Assembly (NCBI GenBank): GCA_011109175.1
Contig: RDEW01000028.1
Coordinates: forward strand, 1-64,000
Reading direction: 5' to 3'
Source: Dicyema japonicum
Taxonomy: Eukaryota; Animalia; Dicyemida
DNA length: 64,000 nt
The stretch's first letter is position 1. Each line of letters begins with the position of its first letter. The notes under the pieces were generated by a model. The model worked only from the letters and a program-made list of their open reading frames with translations. It was not told the DNA's origin and ran no database searches. Shown one piece after another: positions 12,420-25,519 of the stretch. The position numbers were made by a program, and so were the translations under genes.

Positions 12420-14052
12420 TACAAAAACACTTAGAGAAAAAAATAAATTAAAGAGGCAAACGGATTTATCAAATGACGATTTCCAAAAAATGAATACCTT
12501 AAATATACAAATTAAACAAGTTACCCAATCTAGAATCAAGATTGATTCTCTATCGCCAAATACATCAGAGACGCTGATATGGAGGAAAATTAAACATTTG
12601 AGACGTTGCAATGAAGGCTCTGAGACAGCCTTCCACAAACAGGGATGTAGCAACATCGACCCAAATATTTTAATGAAACACTATTTCGCAATCAGCCATA
12701 AAAATTTCTCGAGGGAACACAGAGTCAACAAGAAGTGAACATTAATATGATACATGGTGAAAACGCAACCCAACAATAATATGATACCTTCTATATGGAA
12801 GAAATTTATAATTCTGCCAATTCGGAAGCCAAACAAACCTGTAAACGATCCCTCTTCTTATCGTCCAATTGCAATATTATGTGCGTTGTCTCAAATTATG
12901 GAAAAATTAATTTTAACACGAATAAAAGATATTGTACCAAATCGAGGATTTCAGCATGGATTCCGTGAAAATCATTCTACTACGACTCACTTAACAAAAT
13001 TAACTCAATAAATATCTGATGGATTCTCCTATCCAAAACTACATAAAAGGACCATAGTGGCTTCAATAGACTTGAAAAAAGCATTCGACTCCGTGTCCCG
13101 GACGCTACTTATAGAGAAAATTTCTGACACTCTTATAAATCCAAACATTAAAAGATGGCTGTCGAATTTTCTAAATGGAAGAAGAGGACAAGTGATGTCA
13201 GACAACAGAAAATCTAAATCCCGTTTATTGCCGAATGGTGTCCCTCAAGGTTCAACTCTTTCTCCTTTCCTCTTCAACTTGTACACCAATGACCTTCCCA
13301 CCAATGATGATCCCGATACATTGATACTCTCATACGCAGATGACATTGTTCTTGCGACGAGAGACTCTAACTATGAGAAGGCAGAGATGAAATCAAAGTT
13401 ATATTGATATTGGAACATTGGCTCATATCAAATCGAAAGTCATTTATAACAATTTTCTCTGCATATAAAAGATCATTATACTCTCCCAAAATCAAATTCC
13501 TATGAATCAATCTCCAACAATACTAGGATTAAAGTTGGATTCTCTCCTGACATTCGGCCAACACGTCAATGACCTTATTACCAAATTCAGGAGGAGGACC
13601 AACATATTGAAAATTTTGTTCCGATCACCAGTCGAGCACAACACCTTACTACAGAAAATTTACAGACAATACATACTGCCAGTAATCGAATGCGCATGTC
13701 CTTCCTGGAGCTCGATGATTTCTGAATCGTCGTCCCAAAAATTAGAAGCCGACAACTTGCTGCCTTGAAAATAATAAATAAGAAAACTGTGAATAACGTA
13801 TTGAATGTTAAAGAACACCTATGAGTGAAGTCATTTCTACAGTGGGCAATGAAAACCGGCTGTCTGCTTTCACTCTCTATATCTGACTATCTAGAAAATG
13901 CGGGAATCTATGGAGAATAAGACCGTCCCCGTTTTTACTAATTCTGTTGGATCTTCGAGGACTCCGAACTAGAGCCAGAACCCGGAAAACTGAGATCACT
14001 TAGTTAGTAGTTAACTTTTAACTTTTTAATCCGGTGATCTTGGGGTAAAAAA
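12420..14052 (+). mobile_element. APE-RT LINE family A, 5'-truncated
   Basis: WKKFIILPIRKPNK..SYRPIAIL, FQHGFR, SIDLKKAFDSV, GVPQGSTLSPFLFNLY, YADD. Family 3' end CCGGTGATCTTGGGGT plus an A tail. Confidence 0.9.
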
Positions 14053-14069
14053 ACTCCTTTATCGAACCA

Positions 14070-14280
14070 ATTCTACTTTATAACGCGGGGATCTGGGGCC
14101 TAACCACCAAAGAACTGGAGAACCTCAACTCTTTCCACAGAAAACAACTACGACTTTTCTTGGGAATCTACTGGCCAGAATGGATGAGCTCTACAGAATT
14201 ACTCAAACAACACAGATTGGGAATAAAGTTACTTCAACAAAATGGCAGCTCTTTGGACATATCCTAAGAACTTCGGAAAT
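14070..14280 (+). mobile_element. RTE-clade 3' fragment
   Basis: YNAGIW, SFHRKQLR and KWQLFGHILR in shifted frames. Confidence 0.55.
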
Positions 14281-14325
14281 TTTAAAGAACATGTGAATTT
14301 TTGACTTTATTGAAAAAAAATCGCC

Positions 14326-14700
14326 CTAGTTATTAGAATGTTTAAACATCTCGTATCTCCGATGTATCTCATCATTTGTGAAACGAAATTCAAAGTAGTC
14401 GGCTATTTTGGACCATCTCTTTTTTGTCATTTTTCTTCCATTGTCGTCATCCTTTAGATCTGTCTTTACATTCTGTTTGATATTCATGAGCGCACACGAA
14501 ACAACATTGTTTGCCTCAATTATGTTGGGTGAAGAGTCCAACATCTTTGAGTCGTCCTCTTAGAAGGCCAAGGTGCATATTAATCTCAACTAATTTAACT
14601 ACTCTAGAGGCCAATTAGAGGGACTTTGTATTTTCTCCAGAGGCATCGTTGTGGAACATCGATTGAGGTTTCTATTGTGGAAATGAACCTTCTCGTTATG
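14326..14700 (-). CDS. Possible SANT/Myb-like domain protein (3' part)
   Basis: ORF 14326-14544 ends KRWSKIADYFEFRFTNDEIHRRYEMFK, a W-x-K-I-A...E-I-x-R-R-Y pattern typical of SANT repeats. Upstream exons unresolved. Confidence 0.35.
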
Positions 14701-14959
14701 ACTAATAGGAGGAAAACGTTATGAGTACAGAATCTAGCTAATTGGAGATTTAATTGGCTTTTGACATCTTCCTATCGGGTTTAGTAGACAAATTAAACAT
14801 TATAGGGCGAATTAGCTTTTATTGGAGTTTTTTTATATTATTTAGACATAAATTTCCATATTTTGTCACCACTTCTTCGATAGACTAATTCATTGGAATT
14901 CATCATTAAGATCATTGTTTAACATTTAAAAGCAATGAGGAAATAGAATTCTTTCAGAT

Positions 14960-15480
14960 TGTTTTATTAAAATGCTTAATCATCCTTCCTACACTCCCAC
15001 TCAAAATCAACAAACCAACCTCACACTCCTCCAACTGGTTTAATCGTCCTTCAATAAGAGCTTTCTGTTCCACTCTCAGAGAACTCTCTTTTTCTCCAAA
15101 GGCATCCATACGTGATGCAAGGCTCACTTTAGCTTTCAACTTTCTTGAGGACTAAATTGAACCCCCAACCTCACCTTTCCCTTTAATTTCTGACAAGTCC
15201 GTGACACTAATTGACTCGTGTATATCAATCCATATTTGGGGGTGTTTTTATTGGACTTTAATGCCTGATATAACGGTTTTATCTTTTATAAAAATCTGTA
15301 CAGTCGAAGCTGGCTGCTTTACATAAATATGTATTTATTTGTGAGAAGTATGGCATCTCTAAAGGAGGTCCGACTGAAAATGGAAGAAATCTTATGTGAA
15401 GGCTGTTGCACATCAAATTGGGTAAACGGGTGCCAATTAAATACCGAAGTTTATAAAGTTCGTTCTCTGAGATGCAAAGG
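14960..15480 (-). CDS. NOP58: NOP58-like Nop-domain C-terminal region (partial or divergent)
   Basis: KQPASTVQI..LYQALKSNKNTPKYGLIY..KLKGK, then a 23-nt intron, then SSRKLKAKVSLASRMDAFGE..EQKALIEGRLNQLE, matching NOP58 TPKYGLIY...KGKISRMLAAK...DAFGE. One frameshift, N-terminal half not found. Confidence 0.7.
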
Positions 15481-15882
15481 TTTCCCGATCAACATTAGAA
15501 CTTATTGTTGGCAAAATTGCAAATAGGCATTCTAATAAAGTTTATGACAGTAGAAAACAACATGATAACGAAAACACCCCAATTAATAGGGATATAATCG
15601 GAAAATGAAAATTTAGAGACCTTTTATGATGATCTGATGCGAGATATTTAGAGTATGAGGTCATGAAAGATACGGAACTTGCTTTAAAGTGCACCTTAAT
15701 GCAGTCAAACAAGAAACTCTTGAAAATGTCCTTAAAAAATTTAATGCAGATTTATTTATAATTTTTATAAAAGTAATTTTTCCAGAATTTATATTAAGCT
15801 TTTTAAAAGACCCTCATTTTTGGAAAAAACCTCAAAATTAAAGACTTCGGAGTCGGACTGTATTACAAAAAATTTAAAGGAT

Positions 15883-16190
15883 GACTGCACCTTACGGAGA
15901 ACCACATTAGCTATCTCCGCTCAGACAGGACACACACTTTATTTATTTAAAAAATAGTTATAACTATTCGTAGATGGTGAACCAAGGAATGCTTTATAGA
16001 CGATCCGGTTCCGCATTAAGATGTTCACTGATGATGTTGCCACTCGTCAAGCTAAAGCATCGTGAGTGTGTGGATCCTTTAATCTGAATGTACAGCAACG
16101 AGATTCGAACTGTGAGCCATCAGGCCACTTACAGGACTTTCATGACGGATACGTTCTTTATCGACGACTATGTTGTTGCCCGGTGATGTG
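15883..16190 (-). mobile_element. SINE-like repeat copy 2 (tRNA-like head + core + 3' part)
   Basis: B box GTTCGAATC at 16102-16110 (minus), then GCTTGACGAGTGGCAACATCATCAGTGAACATCTTAATGCGGAACCGGATC and the tail GTGTCCTGTCTGAGCGGAGATAGCTAA...GTGCAGTC shared with copy 1. Confidence 0.75.
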
Positions 16191-16208
16191 GACTATGTTA
16201 GCGCAAAC

Positions 16209-16283
16209 ATTTAAGTACTATGGAGGAGTATCTAAATTTAAGTACTATGGAGGAGTATCTACATTTAAGTACTATGGAGGAGT
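16209..16283. repeat. 27-bp tandem repeat, about 2.8 units
   Basis: ATTTAAGTACTATGGAGGAGTATCTA(A/C) repeated directly with no spacers. Confidence 0.95.
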
Positions 16284-16429
16284 TTTGCTAAACTTGTTTT
16301 CTCTGGAGATCCTAAAATCGCTGTCCCTACCCACATCAAGCTGGAAATATCAAAACGAAATCGTCTTCGGGCAAAATCAAGACGGTGTCTGGATTATTTG
16401 GATCGAGATTTTCTAAAAAGAATATGAGG

Positions 16430-17520
16430 TACTCAGAAGACTATATATTTCAATTAAAAAGGAGGACTGAACCAGGAATGCTGGACACCAAGAACCCAAC
16501 ATTCTGGAAGTCTTGTTGGAGGCTCGTAGATGTTATTAATCTGAGGTGATCTGATGGTAGTGTTATCAACGAAGGGGATGTTCCTACTGCTTTTCGGGAG
16601 CTGCTCGAGAGTATTCACGGATCTGCTTCCTTAAGAATCTCTTCGAGTATGAAAATTCAGGAAGAGCATTTTGGGATATGGCGCATGGAGATCATTACTA
16701 AAGAAGAGGTGAAACAAACTATTATGGATTGTCGAGATAAAGCTCCTGGAATGGAGGGGATACGCCTAAAGCTATTCAAGGAGGGTCCAGATTGCCTTTT
16801 TGAGGTCTCTGTTACCTATTTGGAGTAAGTCTCAATTTGGGATATGTGCCTCAAGTTTGAAAGGATTCCATTATTCGGATGATCCTAGAATTAGGAAAAT
16901 CGAGGACGGAACCCTTGGGCTATAGACCTATTAGTCTGATAAACTCAATTTTTAAAATCCGGAGAGGCTGATCTATAAAAGACTTACGCGCCATATTGAA
17001 TCACGGAATTTTCTCAGCAAGCAACAATGTGGCTTTCGTCCAGGAGATAATGTGGAGATTGTTTTTTCATTTTGAACTCTGAGAGTGAGAAAGCCAGGAA
17101 TTTCAGATATCAGCTGAGTGTCGTCTGCCTGGATATATCAAATGCCTTCGATAGTGTCTGGCATGACGCACTGTTTCGTCTGCTAGTCACATCTGGAATC
17201 ACATAACCTTTACTCGATTGGTTAATGAATCTTCTAACAGAATGAAGATCATTTGTGAGATGTGGAGGATTTACTTCTAAAGAGATTGTAATGAAGAAGG
17301 GAGTGCCAGAGGACTCAGTCTTGAGTTCTCTGCTCTTTAATATAATTATTGAGAGATCTTCCTAGTACTAACGTGGTTATTTACGCGGACAATGTACTGA
17401 TATCAGACGAAAAGTCCGGTGGTGTCTGAGCGAAGATTATGTGAATTTTTGGAAGAAATGATGGTGTAAATCCCGTGGCCTAAAAACTCGCTTATCAAAC
17501 CGAAGGAATGTCTGAAAAGT
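16430..17520 (+). mobile_element. APE-RT LINE family B (I/Jockey-like) RT fragment, decayed
   Basis: KAPGMEG, YRPISL, QQCGFRPG, LDISNAFDSVWHDAL, GVPEDSVLS. Similar to 58.6-59.3k. Confidence 0.8.
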
Positions 17521-18719
17521 TTCCATCTATCTTAGATATAATCAAAATTAATTAATTTCTATTCTCTCCCACAGAAATACGAATTCTGACTACAGAACAT
17601 TGATTCTAACCTGATACACGGAAATGAATTATTTTAGTATTTTTGACGACTCGGTTTGTAAGAACGAGTTGCTTGATCTGGACTGACGGCAAAGTGATCC
17701 TTGTGACTCGCCGTTAGGTAGGAATTTATAGTCGGACTTGGTCTGAAGTCACAAATACCTCCTCTCTATCCGCTGAAATTTACTATGGTCTTCTAATGTC
17801 ACGATTCAAATAGTGATGATTTTTCTTATAAAAAAGTTGACTTGTTATAAACTCACACGTGCCAGAACCAAGACCCCAAATGTCGCTCTATAAATTTGTC
17901 ATAATACAAAATTTCAACACAAACTCCACATAAGCCAGTTTAATAATTTCTGGTGCAATTTCTATTAGATCATCAACTTTCTCCTCCGAAATGAGATTGG
18001 CTGTTGTGTGAAAATTGCAAATCTCAATCTTCACTTTAAATGGAGCCAAATAGACTTTTCTCCCGCAAATAAAACCATGTGTGATTCTCAGATCATGCTG
18101 GAAGTAAAAATCAAATGAGATCTTTTAGATTTGTATTAAAACGAAAAAAACCAATAAAGTAATCTACAACAAAAAATACGAATAAATCATGTTGTATAAC
18201 CTCCTGGAGTCCGAAGAGTACAGAATGTCTATTCATATTCCCGTTGTAGCATTAATCGATGAAATAAATGACCTCCAAAGAACACTCATGAAAAACCACC
18301 TCCAGCAAAAAGTAAACCTGGACCAAGAGTGTACATGACTTTGTATCTATGCCATATGATCCCCAAAGAGAATAAGATACTGGAGCGCAGACCTTTGAGA
18401 TTAGCGTTTCATAACTGCTTTTCCGAGGACCTTCATAGTGTTTGTGCACACCTGAGATGTGGACATTATCCATCTATGGCTGGAAGACTTGTTCATGGTT
18501 TCTTTACTTTCACTTGATCACTATGACTCTAAGTGAAAGTGATGGATATCTGAGAGATTCCTGTCATGAAGACGCGTTTTGACGGTCGCCAGCATTCTAC
18601 ATGTTAGTGAAATTGGGGTTAATCACGCGCCATAAATGAAACGCTTTGACCTTGAATTTAACCTTCAATTAAGACAGTTTTTTGCGTTTTATATATAAAA
18701 TTATCAGAATTGCCAATAT

Positions 18720-19495
18720 CGTCAATGATGATGTAGAATATAAAAATATTCTTGATTGTTTAACAAATAATGCAATACCCTAAGATTATCAAGACTAATA
18801 GATTTCGTTTTCTCAGAAAATGCAGCACTCTTAAATTTAATGATAGTCCTATATTGCAAACAGTCTGATAGAAACCAGACATTGGTGATTGCCTCAAATG
18901 ACTGCGAATTCATGAAACTACATTGTGAACGAATTCATTCTGTCTATCACTATGGCTTTAATAGAATGGAAGAGTATTGCAAAAATAATTTTTGCATAAT
19001 CAAGAGAAAATAATTCGGGATGTAATATCGTCATGCCACAAATACCAGCAAAGTCAGCCAAGGCATCCAGAATCAAGTGGAGCGTTGCAATCAAACAATT
19101 TGCAGATGGTTGCAAAAAAAACTTGTAGAAAGAGAAAAAATTGTATACCAGTACAATATATCTATTCATTCTGCTATAAATATGTCACCATTTATGGCTT
19201 TTTGCCAAACAAAAGGATATAATTTTAATGATGAGAAATAATAGAAAATGAAAATTAAAGAATCACAAATGTCAAATATCTTGAAAAAAATGAGAAAAAA
19301 AATTCAGTTGGAAATAAAGTGTTACTGAAAAAAGACTTTTATACAAATCAAAAAACAAAGAAACGAAAATTAGAATTTTTTATGAACAGAGTTTTGTTGT
19401 CAAAGAATTAATTTCAGATAACACAATAAAAATAAAAGATGATGATGGAAATGAACTCATAGTATTTGGATCACAACTTAAAAAATTTTGATATT
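18720..19495 (+). mobile_element. Gypsy/Ginger-type integrase relic
   Basis: HHCC-like IHSVYHYGFNRM...IRDVISSCHK, then PRHPESSGA (the P-x-H-P-Q-S-N-G motif) and a C-terminal KVLLKKDF...FVVKELISDNTIKI...FGSQLKKF. No RT or LTR seen. Confidence 0.6.
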
Positions 19496-19929
19496 TTTGA
19501 ATAATGGACAGTTTTTGAATAAAAAATTTGAACAGTTCTTGAAATTTTTTCTAAACTAATAAAAAAACATTTTTAAGGAAAAAAGTATTAAAAGTACCGA
19601 AGGCCGCATATTAGTAATTGTAAAATTCATGCAATGGATGTATTTACCACCTTAACCATCCTACCAACAAACCTGTTAGTTAATCCGTTCTACTAGTTTT
19701 TTTATATAAAACTTCCTCATTACCGTGTTTCAAGACCTACTACTTGTTAGAATTAACATAATCAAATTTTTGACTTATATAATTTGTTTTAAACATGGTT
19801 TGCAAGAAAACGTAAAAGTCAATTAAATATAATCGATAAATAAATCTATAAAATTATTTTTAAGTCCTACTTTGATGGTTAAAATGTCATTTCACTTCTT
19901 TTTGTGGAAATGAATTTTTGATCTCTTTT

Positions 19930-20870
19930 TAGTCTTAGAACAGTTTGCTCGATAATGAGAGCCTCTCCATTGGCATATTACTTTGGTGTGGATGTTATGA
20001 GTTCACCGGTAGTGATGTGGGAAGGAGATTGATAGGAATGGAATTCACCTCCTCTCTTTCAAAAAGAGCTCTGGAAGAATTCTCAAGCACGCAACCCTAA
20101 ATGATATTATTAAATGTGCTCTTGAAATTGTTGGTTTCCATTTACCATCGACGCTTTCTAGTCTGGATGTCACTTGTGTTAATACCTTTTCCCTGAAAAT
20201 ATAATACACAGTGCAAACTCGGACTGCTTTACCGTTGACTCTGCCGAATGGAAGAAGCTTGATAAATATTCTGCGTTGGGACTGTTTCTGCTTCTTACCA
20301 ACTGTGTTTGAGACTTTGGGTGTGGCCGGGCTTGTCACCAGAAATGTTCTCCAAGAATTAGAAAATGACTTTCACTGAAGTTGTTTGTATATAATGGTGG
20401 ATATTACTACTCCCAACATTCAAGTACCCTTGTAGAATTTTGATTGCCTACTTTGAGTTTTTCTTAATTTCTAAGTTTTAAGACCTAATTTCTTTAGGCA
20501 ATTCTGTTAGTCACCGACCAATAAGATCTTCTTTCCACGTGGACTTCTCTCAGTGACTAGTATGTCCTCTTATATATTTGTTTTCTACCAATTCTTGTTG
20601 ATCAGTGAAATCTTTAATTATTGTTGATACACTCATCAAGAAAAAACAGTCATTAAAGTTACAAGTTGTGGTTACTCTTGGTCCTACCCTTTTTTGTATG
20701 CGAAACCAAGCCCACAGTGAGAAAAATCTGATTTTGTGAACATTAAGCATAATGCATTGCTGTCTGATTTTGGTCCCTTCAAACAGCAAACGGGTACACC
20801 ATATTATAGATCCTGACATAACCGGTGTTCTTTACATCGTTGTACGTCGAATGAACCAAAAGTTAAATGT
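19930..20870 (-). CDS. Unidentified multi-exon gene candidate
   Basis: Several open stretches (ORFs 20550-20819 and 20045-20338) separated by GT-AG micro-intron-like segments. Cys-rich 5' part and a short hydrophobic LGVVISTIIY stretch. Exon chain not solved. Confidence 0.3.
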
Positions 20871-21201
20871 GTAAATTAACACTGTGATAAAGACATAAAG
20901 TGTGGTAGAGGGACGACACCTCGACCATATTCAGTCCCTTAAATACTGATTACTTTCTCATCTAATTGGCAAATCTTATTTTTTTAAATATCACGTGCAC
21001 ATATGCATTCATTTCTAACCACAGATGGATATTTCTGGTTTTCTCATACTCAGCACTTAATAAAAAACAACAAATAAATTCCAACTCAAAGCACCATTAA
21101 TCCAGAAATGCAAAAACCCGTAATACTAAGGCATAATAGCATCATACATATAATTACACATGTAACATGTTATAGATTATCCTCCAATTTCTTCTAATCA
21201 C

Positions 21202-21278
21202 AGCTGGACGGGATTCGAATCCTTCTCCTATATGACCTGACGCATCCTTTATTTAAAACTTCAATGAGTCTGTCAGCT
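21202..21278 (-). pseudogene. Degenerate tRNA-like element
   Basis: AGGAGAAGGATTCGAATCCCGTCCAGC B-box region, homologous to 38927-39006. D and anticodon arms do not fold. Confidence 0.35.
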
Positions 21279-21750
21279 TGTCAATGCTCACGAGAAGGAA
21301 ACAATGGCCTTAATCCATCATAAAGCTGAGTATACAGAGGTACGTCACCACCTCAACCTTTCGACTAATAATCACTTGGCTAAGAAATATCTCAAATGTG
21401 CGTGGTTTAATCCTAACGTGTATATTCAGGGAGATTGAACTTTTGAGGAAGTCATAAACTCACTCTACGAGCACTCACACAGTACCAAAACAAGGGCTAT
21501 TTCCCAATAACAGGGTTGATTTTATGGAGAATTATATTCATGAGCGATTAAAGTCCAATTGAGTGATTCTGACTAGCCCGACAATAAATGAATATTCATG
21601 AGTTGACATTGCCAACAGATAAAGCCAAGAGTACAGACCGAGACTGGTTATCTACTTTTAATGTACTTTGTTGATAAGAATGTCTGCGAAATATCTTGAT
21701 TATTTATTTCGATAATACCGGAAATAACAGAAGTGAGGTCGCAGTTTGTT

Positions 21751-23670
21751 ATGTTCCTTTTTTCAATGATTATTCTCTCTAATGATTTTGGATGTCTTCC
21801 CCCAACAGTGGATATGTCAGAACAAACAGTCATCGTCACTGAAAATAAACATTCACTCACGTGTCCGGTTGATGCCTTTTCCTACACGAATAATGAGTAT
21901 TGGCCCATCTTAAAGGTTAGACTCGTTTGGTTCGTCGACGGGAAGCAAATAAACTTCGAAACCGATATCTACTATTCTATAGATGGTAGGAATATCCTCT
22001 TAAGATCTATCCGAACCTGATAAGACCCCTCCAGTTCAAATGTCTGGTTAGAAACCCATGTGGGAGGGAAATGTCTCTTCCCATTGATGTCTTCTCAGTC
22101 CAAAAGGACAACAGTTTCCAATTAACTCTGATTCTTAGAAGTCAACGCTACAAACCGCCCTTATGGGGTGATTACCAATAATAACAAGAATGGTAAATGT
22201 ATGTGGCTGAGAATCCCCTATTCAGGCGGGGTCACCACGGTAATAGAGGATATGAGTGCTAATCGGAATCACGGGACATTTCCTCTCTCTTCAAGACTGG
22301 TTGCTGTGGAGAATAACTTGTACTTCAAATATTTTATTGCGAATGACTCCACCTGCAATTATATATGTATAAAGCCTAATGATCTCATCAAATTCAAATT
22401 GAGTGGGATCAATGAGAATGTCCAGAGCTCAGAGTTAGTCCCGGTCTTCCCCCGTGGAAGGGATGTGAAACTACACCTAAATACATCTCTCGTTTTCGCC
22501 ATGCTTATTTTTGGGAGGGTGAATGCGGTTTTATAATTTTGAGGGATTATGACCAAATCGTGTACGAAAGAGACCACCAATTCGTGTCCTTCGACTTTTT
22601 GGAGATCAAATCCGAAGAAACCTATGGGAGATATTCGTATTCGTGTACTCCTGTGCGGAATAAAAAACCTTTGATAGAACACAGACAAAATTTCACTGTC
22701 TCGTTTTATGGTTGGTGGAATTCATGTTTGCAGATCAACCCGTTATTTCTGATAAGTTGAGGTCAGTCAATGCCTCAAGTGGAGATCACGTGTCTTTCGA
22801 ATGTAAAATAGCGAGAGGAAAGCCTGAGCCTAAGATAGAGTGGTTCATAAACTCTAAGAAATTAGGTCAAAGTCAGTATAATCCAGTAGACAAGTCTGAA
22901 AACCCTAATCTCTACTAATGGAGATTTCCTCAACATTTCGAACGCGAATGAGTCGATGAGTGTGAAATGCAGGGCCTCGAACGCCTTTGGGACGCATGCA
23001 AAGTCTGTCTACCTTAAAATTACAAGTCAGCTTGTTTAAAATACGTGTAGGAAATCCAGAGATTTATGTCAATGGTGGGGAAGTGATAATCTCTCAAAGT
23101 CATCTTTCTGAAGTGAAATGCAAAGGAAAGGTAGATTCCCTGAGGAGTCTCGATATAACATGGATGTACAATGGAAACCGGTTGAAGCGAATTCCATGTT
23201 CCAAGTCACTCAAAATGGGGACATCAGCAGCTTTATTTGGACCTTAAGTAACAAGAACTATCAAGAAATGGATGGGGTGGTGGATACTCTCAAATGTGTC
23301 GTGTCAGATGGTTATGCCACTGCGGAAAAAGTGATTTCCGTGAAGTACGAGATCGGAGTCAGTAAGTCTTTGGTTGACTCAAGCGTACATGAGGAAGGTG
23401 TTCCTATGGAAAATCATGTGGGTACCAGTAGTGCTTCTCATAATATTCATAATATCGATCATAGCTGCTTATGTTTACAGGACAAAGACCCATGGAAGTT
23501 ACACTTTATTGGCAAATAAGGATTCCCCGTATTTATTATGTTTTACTAAAGACGGAGTCTCAATCAGTCAAAGTACCCAGGATCTAGTTTTTATTATCCT
23601 CACTCAACCGTTAATTCTTTATACTCCTTGAATACATCGGCGGAAGAAGACTCCTTGTTAAAATGTGATT
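21751..23670 (+). CDS. Ig-superfamily type I membrane protein (about 4-5 Ig-like domains, TM, protein-4.1-binding motif)
   Basis: Signal-like N-terminus. Ig motifs LTCP..LVWFVDG..QFKCLVRN, VSFECKIARGKPEPKIEWFIN..VKCRASNAFG, VKCKG..ITWMYNG..LKCVVSDG. TM WVPVVLLIIFIISIIAAYVY followed by RTKTHGSY. 21-25 nt introns and a few frameshifts. Confidence 0.8.
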
Positions 23671-24539
23671 ATTAATTTGAGAGAGCTATCATAACACTTA
23701 TTTTGGTTAGGAATTTTTATGGATTATGCGAATGTTAGGCTTTCATTAATTATAAAATACTGTGTTCGTTATCAATTATACTTAGGAGGTCAAATTGGAC
23801 AGACTTGGAATAGTCTTAAAAGAGTCACACTTGAATTGAACGTCTTTCCTTTCTCTCATAGGAAGGAGTCGATCACATCCTCTCGTGGGAATAATAGACG
23901 TTATATTTAACATATCGTCAAAAAAATCTCATTTCCCTTAATGGATGGCCCTTTGGGTGGCTTTGAAGCGACGTTAAATCACTCTCGCATATCCCTTACG
24001 CTTTCCGGAGAAATTGAAGAAAATCTTTGACCGAATCACATAACTCTCTTAGCATTCATGGTGCTAGCTCTAAATAAGATGAATTATCCTGATTCTTGAG
24101 TCTATGACATTCCTTGTTCACAAGACATACCTTTCACCATCTAGGATGATGTAACAATGATTATCATTCTATTATCCACTTCCTTTAAGAGTGCCCGTGA
24201 CTTACTGTTAATGTGCAAATATAAACCCTTTCTTTATATCAATAAATGAAAACTCACCCTTAATAGGTGTGAGACCTTGAACGACCCTTCAATTGTACCC
24301 AATGAGGAAATCTCATCTCTTTGTTATTCAAAAGGAAATCAAATGGAAGGAGGTCATATTTGAGCTAAACCAACGAACCAAAACTTTTGAGGTTGTTGTT
24401 ACAAAGTTAACTATTCTATGTAATATGCCTCCGGCTGTAATAAAAAACAGTCTGTCGTATAAAAAGCAAATTTGCCTATGAAATACTATTCCTAAGTTAT
24501 ATGAAGGTGAACAAGGTCTCTCGCCTCCATAATTGCTAA

Positions 24540-24870
24540 TCAGAATACTTCCGACTTTCCAATAAATCCCAGATCATCCACTTATTTGGACCCTGATGGG
24601 CTCTGTGCTCTGAAAAACCTTGATCCACCAGGAATACAAGCCCTCATTAATATTTTCAATATATCCTCAATTCTAAGTTATTCTTATGACGTGGAAGCAG
24701 TCATCAATAATTCCAAACTATCCTTATCTTCGTACGGTCCTTGCCTCAATCGATTATTGCAAAGCGTTTTATCGAGCATCTCGACACTTTATGTCCAGAA
24801 AGATCACCTCTTTAACCATCTCTCCTCTTTTACGAAAATAGCCTATTTAGTTTCTCTCTGGGAGAATTAG
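24540..24870 (+). mobile_element. LINE family A RT N-terminal fragment
   Basis: DPDGLCALKNL..GIQALINIFN..SSYGP, corresponding to the GPD...SYRP region. Confidence 0.6.
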
Positions 24871-25519
24871 CCCATCCTATGGAGTCCCCAGAGTTCAACG
24901 GTCATTCCTATATTTAACAGTATTTTCGTTAATGACGCGTTGTTTTAGCAAAAGTAAAAACCTCGGGGATCATAACTCCCCTTGCTTTGTGCCATCGGAT
25001 CTTTGATAATAAAAATTAAATTAAAATTGGTTATCAAATTCAGATTCTACAAACCATCCTAGAGACTGCGCCCTTTCAGTCACGACAGAAAACAATCCAT
25101 GACTAGATATCACTAAAGCCATCAGAAGCTTGGCATAAACAACCTCCTGGAGTATATTCCAGCTATTCTTCCCTTCCACGGGAAGTTCGCGTCTACTTGG
25201 AGCGCCTAAATTATGGTCATCTTTGAATTTACATTCGTATCTGTACAGGACAGAGGTTTTCAGAAAATAATTCTCTCGGCACACTAATCGTAAAAAATAA
25301 TCCACTGCACATATGAAAAATAAAAAATTAAATTTTTTTGGATACGAAAAAGTAGGACAAAATTTGGTATTTTAATGGGAAAATTTTTATTAATAAAACA
25401 ACAACAATAAATTAAGGAATGCGGCAAGAATTGGTAATTAAATCATGATTCATTAAAAACAAATATAAATTAAAAAATGAAATACACTTAATTATTTTTT
25501 GGATATATCATCAATATCT

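Noticed and set aside
15620-15640. Box C/D snoRNA near the NOP58-like gene (ATGATGATCTGA)
   Set aside because: The C and D boxes are adjacent with no guide region or terminal stem, and it is on the strand opposite to the gene.
16209-16283. CRISPR-like array
   Set aside because: Contiguous tandem units without unique spacers, in a eukaryotic context with no cas genes.
24900-25310. Merlin/IS1595-like transposase in ORF 25021-25305
   Set aside because: Only loose resemblance (PVEGK..W, F.VV.ER). No DDE residues or TIRs could be placed.
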